From: Bacilli bacterium
Lineage (GTDB): Bacteria; Bacillota_I; Bacilli_A; ML615J-28; CAG-313
Assembly: GCA_045612145.1 (NCBI GenBank)
Contig: JAZKYN010000070.1
Coordinates: 1-45,563 of the forward strand
Reading direction: 5' to 3'
Length of the DNA: 45,563 nucleotides
How positions within the stretch are numbered: position 1 is the first letter of the stretch; each line of letters starts with the position of its first letter. Positions 42,655 through 45,563 of the stretch are shown piece after piece. The notes under the pieces are model-generated. The model did no database searches, had not been told where the DNA came from, and worked only from the letters and a program-made list of their open reading frames with translations. Made by a program: the position numbers and the translations under genes.

Positions 42655-42994
42655 ATGCCTCCAACGCCTTTTTTATAGGCATTAATCTTTCGCCAGCTTC
42701 TTCGTTTTCTGCTTCATCGAATAAATCATATTCAAAATCTAAATATTCATAATAAGAATCATCGTCAATTTTACCTTCACGTATTTTTAAACCTTGTTTA
42801 ATTGATTCCCACGCTTCAAGTATGATTTTGATTTGTCGAAGATGAATAAGATGTCCTTTTAAAGTTTCTATTTCTTCTTTTATTTCTTTATATTGTTCAT
42901 ATGTTATGTTTTTTATTGTGAATTTCGACTTTGCCATTGATATTTTCTTTTTTACCATAGCAATTTCTTTTTCAATAAATTCTAAACTATTCAT
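42644..42994 (-). CDS. hypothetical coiled-coil protein ending in KKALEAYDG
   Basis: AAGGAGG RBS. Confidence 0.5.
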   Translation of the reverse strand: MNSLEFIEKEIAMVKKKISMAKSKFTIKNITYEQYKEIKEEIETLKGHLIHLRQIKIILEAWESIKQGLKIREGKIDDDSYYEYLDFEYDLFDEAENEEAGERLMPIKKALEAYDG

Positions 42995-43011
42995 TTTTTG
43001 ATACCTCCTTA

Positions 43012-43158
43012 TTATTTTTGAGATTTAGGAGATTCTAATTTTAAATAAATTACTAATTCATTATCTTCTTTAGTTACAATAACATCTTTTATATTACTAC
43101 AATAACAAGCCCATAGAAAATCATTTAATGCGTAAGCTGCTATTTTAATTTTTATCAT
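43012..43158 (-). CDS. small hypothetical protein (48 aa)
   Basis: Not in the ORF track. The ATG lies 9 nt after the GGAGG of the conserved junction motif. It fills an otherwise empty gap. Confidence 0.4.
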   Translation of the reverse strand: MIKIKIAAYALNDFLWACYCSNIKDVIVTKEDNELVIYLKLESPKSQK

Positions 43159-43780
43159 CTTTTATTTCCTCCAACGTTTTTATATATTCTTTCAGTTTGT
43201 TGGAAATAACGTTTGGATTTAAATCACAAATAATTATTGACCAACAATGTTCGCTTGTTTGAATTAATATTTGATAGCCCAACATCATATCTATATATGT
43301 TTCTTTATTTGCTATATCAAACATCGGTATTTTTAATTCGAAAATGTGTTTTTTGTATTTATAAACAAATGAATAACGCATTTTATCATATCCATAAAAA
43401 TAAATGTTTTGTAATTTAAAGTTTTTGTCTTCTAAAAGAATTTTACTTTTTATTTGCATAAGAACTAAATCAAAAGTATTTTTCATTTTTTTCTTCTTTT
43501 CTTCGTCTTTTATTTCGTCTTTATAATGAAAATATCGCCAAGTGTCATCATAATATTGACTACTAACACCCCAAATTAAAGATATTTCAGAAGATGTAAA
43601 ATTTCTAACAAGTTCAATAATATCATTAGTGATTAATTCTTTTTCATAATTTAAATTTTTTATTATTTTATCTTTTTCGTTAATTAAACCTTGACGATAA
43701 TTAATTTTATCTAATAATTTTTTTGTTTCTATTTGGCGTTTGACTTCTTGGTCTTGTATAAATTTTTCGAAATCGTTCAA
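43145..43780 (-). CDS. hypothetical protein (TTG start)
   Basis: GGAGGTGG lies upstream. The protein ends in KTLEEIKDDKN. Confidence 0.45.
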   Translation of the reverse strand: MNDFEKFIQDQEVKRQIETKKLLDKINYRQGLINEKDKIIKNLNYEKELITNDIIELVRNFTSSEISLIWGVSSQYYDDTWRYFHYKDEIKDEEKKKKMKNTFDLVLMQIKSKILLEDKNFKLQNIYFYGYDKMRYSFVYKYKKHIFELKIPMFDIANKETYIDMMLGYQILIQTSEHCWSIIICDLNPNVISNKLKEYIKTLEEIKDDKN

Positions 43781-43998
43781 TTTTCCACCTCCAACGCTTT
43801 ATTTTTAGGATATATTATAATTATTTCTTTATTGTTATTTTTAACAGATAAAGTAACTAAATATCCATAATTTTTGCGTATTTCTTCTTCTTCTTTTTCA
43901 AAATATTTTAAAGCATATTTTTTATTTTTATACTCTTTTGTTCTTTTATAAGAGGTTCCATCTTTATCCCACCAAATTGTTGCTACTATATATTTCAT
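43777..43998 (-). CDS. hypothetical protein
   Basis: GGAGG RBS. The protein ends in NKALEVEN. Confidence 0.45.
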   Translation of the reverse strand: MKYIVATIWWDKDGTSYKRTKEYKNKKYALKYFEKEEEEIRKNYGYLVTLSVKNNNKEIIIIYPKNKALEVEN

Positions 43999-44210
43999 TG
44001 ATTGAGTTCCTCCAACGCTTTTAATCTACGCTTAAACTTAAAAAGTTCTTTTTCTTCGTGGTCTAAGTGGTCAAATAATTCATCTAATTCTTCTCCGCTT
44101 GACCATTCACCATCGAAAATTTTACGTCTTAAAATTTCAATAGTTGTTTTAATTTTATCAATGCGTTCTTTTAATTTAATAGGGTCTGTTATCATTTCAT
44201 TTTGTTTCAT
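43995..44210 (-). CDS. hypothetical protein
   Basis: The protein ends in LKALEELNQ. Confidence 0.45.
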   Translation of the reverse strand: MKQNEMITDPIKLKERIDKIKTTIEILRRKIFDGEWSSGEELDELFDHLDHEEKELFKFKRRLKALEELNQ

Positions 44211-44721
44211 TGTTTTTCTCCAATGCTTTGATAGTTTTGTGGATTAGGTTGTGTAATTCGACATCTATATCAAAAGAATTATATTTTAATGATGTTCGAA
44301 AAGTAAAATAGTATTTTTCGTCAATATCAAAGCATATACCTCTATCACCTTTTATAAAATTAATAGTTTTGAAATATCCATCTTCATCAACTTTCCAACC
44401 TCTGTCTTCCCACATTTTAACACATTCTGAAAGAGTATGGTTTGATTCTTGATTTTCCTCACTTAATTTTAATACTTCAAGACCGAATTTATATTGGTTT
44501 TCTAATCTTTCAGCATTCAAATCAGCCGATTCCATAGTTTCATATTTATGATAAATTTTATTTAGTTCATCATATTTTGCAGCTTTTTTTATTGCTTCTA
44601 CTAAAACATCAGTTCTTAAACAAAATTGTGTATAACTTTCACAATGTTGTTGAGCAATATCTCTTACATATCTAAACGCTCTTTCATATCTGTTTAATTT
44701 ATCTTTGCTCATCTTCATCAC
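44197..44721 (-). CDS. hypothetical protein (start ambiguous among GTG/ATG at 44721-44710)
   Basis: The protein ends in IKALEKNNETK. Confidence 0.45.
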   Translation of the reverse strand: MMKMSKDKLNRYERAFRYVRDIAQQHCESYTQFCLRTDVLVEAIKKAAKYDELNKIYHKYETMESADLNAERLENQYKFGLEVLKLSEENQESNHTLSECVKMWEDRGWKVDEDGYFKTINFIKGDRGICFDIDEKYYFTFRTSLKYNSFDIDVELHNLIHKTIKALEKNNETK

Positions 44722-45001
44722 CCCATTTTATTGCTTGACCACAGCATTCACAGTAATTAGATTTATATTTTGCAACTCTATTTAAATCTATAAATTTAGC
44801 AAACAAATTATGGTTACATTTAGGACAATTAAAAATTAATATTTTGCCTGCTACTATATCATTTTCTTCAATTTCTTTTGCTTTCTTTGGTGTCTCTTTG
44901 TCAACAAGTTCTTGAATTAAGTTAATATCTTCTTCATCATAATGTTCACTTGCAACATAAACTTTTCTAACTTTGTTTAACGCGTTTTGATATTCATCCA
45001 T
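44699..45001 (-). CDS. zinc-ribbon protein (start moved to the ATG after GGAGG)
   Basis: CPKC ... CECC cysteine pairs. Confidence 0.5.
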   Translation of the reverse strand: MDEYQNALNKVRKVYVASEHYDEEDINLIQELVDKETPKKAKEIEENDIVAGKILIFNCPKCNHNLFAKFIDLNRVAKYKSNYCECCGQAIKWGDEDEQR

Positions 45002-45003
45002 AT

Positions 45004-45381
45004 TTATTCCTCCTTCCTTTCCCAAACCTTAATGTAGTTGCCTTTTTCGTCTGGTTTGTAGATGGCAAGAATGTCGCTATACGAACATTGCCAAGTATTT
45101 AACAAATGTTCTATATTATTCTCATTAAGTAATACAAATTGCTCTAAAACAATATTATTAAATGTAAGTGTTTGCTGAAATTTTATTAAATCACCACATT
45201 TTGTTAAGTCAAATATATTTTCTTTTTTATCTACAATTGTATAAAATTCTGCTTCACTAGTGTCTTTACAAAAAACGCAAATGTTCTTATTATCTTCATC
45301 AATAATTACTTTTAAATATTTCCAATGAATTGGTGGATTATTACTGTCAATTATTCTATTATTTTCTAATAAGTAAAACAT
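45004..45381 (-). CDS. hypothetical protein
   Basis: GAGGAGG RBS. Confidence 0.5.
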   Translation of the reverse strand: MFYLLENNRIIDSNNPPIHWKYLKVIIDEDNKNICVFCKDTSEAEFYTIVDKKENIFDLTKCGDLIKFQQTLTFNNIVLEQFVLLNENNIEHLLNTWQCSYSDILAIYKPDEKGNYIKVWERKEE

Positions 45382-45384
45382 ATT

Positions 45385-45563
45385 TTATTCCTCCTCATAA
45401 ATGAAACGAAAATTACTTGTAAATTCCTGCCCTTTTTGAACGTAAGAAGGACTAGTAAATTCAGAATATTTGATACATAATTCATCTAAATATTTTTTTA
45501 AGAAATCATATTCTTCAAATGTTAAAATGTTTGAATACAGAGAATCAAAATATTTTCTAACCC
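45385..45563 (-). CDS. hypothetical protein, C-terminal fragment (continues beyond the window edge)
   Basis: Open frame from the window edge to TAA at 45385-45387, ending ...FRFIYEEE. Not in the ORF track. Confidence 0.4.
   Translation of the reverse strand, partial: VRKYFDSLYSNILTFEEYDFLKKYLDELCIKYSEFTSPSYVQKGQEFTSNFRFIYEEE

Noticed and set aside
1987-44247. Short ORFs antisense to, or nested in, long genes. On the minus strand: 1987-2196, 2407-2610, 4115-4330, 5437-5673, 8790-8987, 10374-10571, 11101-11340, 13146-13355, 14633-14863, 21349-21582, 22141-22326, 22301-22588, 24787-25050, 25284-25502, 25931-26122, 26202-26393 and 28326-28559. On the plus strand: 23934-24152, 29885-30169, 31492-31698, 35165-35395, 36486-36680, 38031-38213, 38188-38535, 41192-41461, 43237-43419 and 44002-44247.
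   Set aside because: All lie inside better-supported genes on the other strand or frame. They lack RBSs and have low-complexity shadow-ORF composition (Phe/Leu/Ile/Ser-rich).
1-45563. The window being a complete circular genome cut at an arbitrary point.
   Set aside because: The partial minus-strand ORF at the right edge hits an in-frame TAA immediately when joined to position 1. The ends therefore do not close into that gene, and the element must continue beyond the window.
29279-45563. A lysogeny module (integrase, CI/Cro-like switch).
   Set aside because: I recognised no tyrosine or serine recombinase signature and no divergent repressor pair. These may lie outside the window, so temperate versus virulent lifestyle is left open.

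Overview
The window is a large segment of a low-GC, Firmicutes-type siphovirus-like phage or prophage. It has a tape measure protein and no tail sheath. Function calls rest on motifs read by eye from the ORF translations plus gene order; I ran no searches.

Layout:
- 1-3260: a left end with very low coding density. It holds a 1.18-kb ORF-free AT-rich region with inverted repeats, an A-free G/T tract, covarying hairpins and a G7/C6 palindrome. It also holds four tandem near-consensus sigma-A promoters, a compositionally foreign ORF, a terS-like gene and several candidate ncRNAs. One candidate is a 57-nt tRNA-like element without an anticodon arm.
- 3261-24554 (+): the late operon. It runs from an RHH protein through TerL, a Com-like zinc ribbon, portal, scaffold, decoration protein, major capsid, connectors, major tail protein, G/G-T chaperones with a -1 frameshift, TMP, Dit and Tal. 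It ends with three receptor-binding-protein plus small-acidic-protein cassettes, two of them with BspA/DUF285-type LRRs.
- 24599-25914 (+): membrane-protein (lysis-like) genes behind their own consensus promoter. I recognised no endolysin.
- 25938-29278 (+): a small sigma-region-4-like HTH gene, direct repeats, and two transcription units encoding low-complexity proteins, a C1q/BclA-C-like beta-sandwich candidate and a small Cys/His hydrolase-like protein.
- 29383-45563 (-): the early replication and recombination arm. It encodes a PD-(D/E)XK exonuclease, ERCC4 nuclease, MBL hydrolase, RecT-like SSAP, Rad50-like ATPase, replisome organizer with internal iterons, GIY-YIG and HNH nucleases, a beta-clamp-like protein, SSB, MazG and many small ORFs. 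It runs off the right edge.

I saw no integrase, repressor, CRISPR array, reverse transcriptase or canonical tRNA.

The most interesting candidates are the promoter/terminator/ncRNA/tRNA-like cluster around terS-terL and the low-complexity protein operon at 26286-29278.
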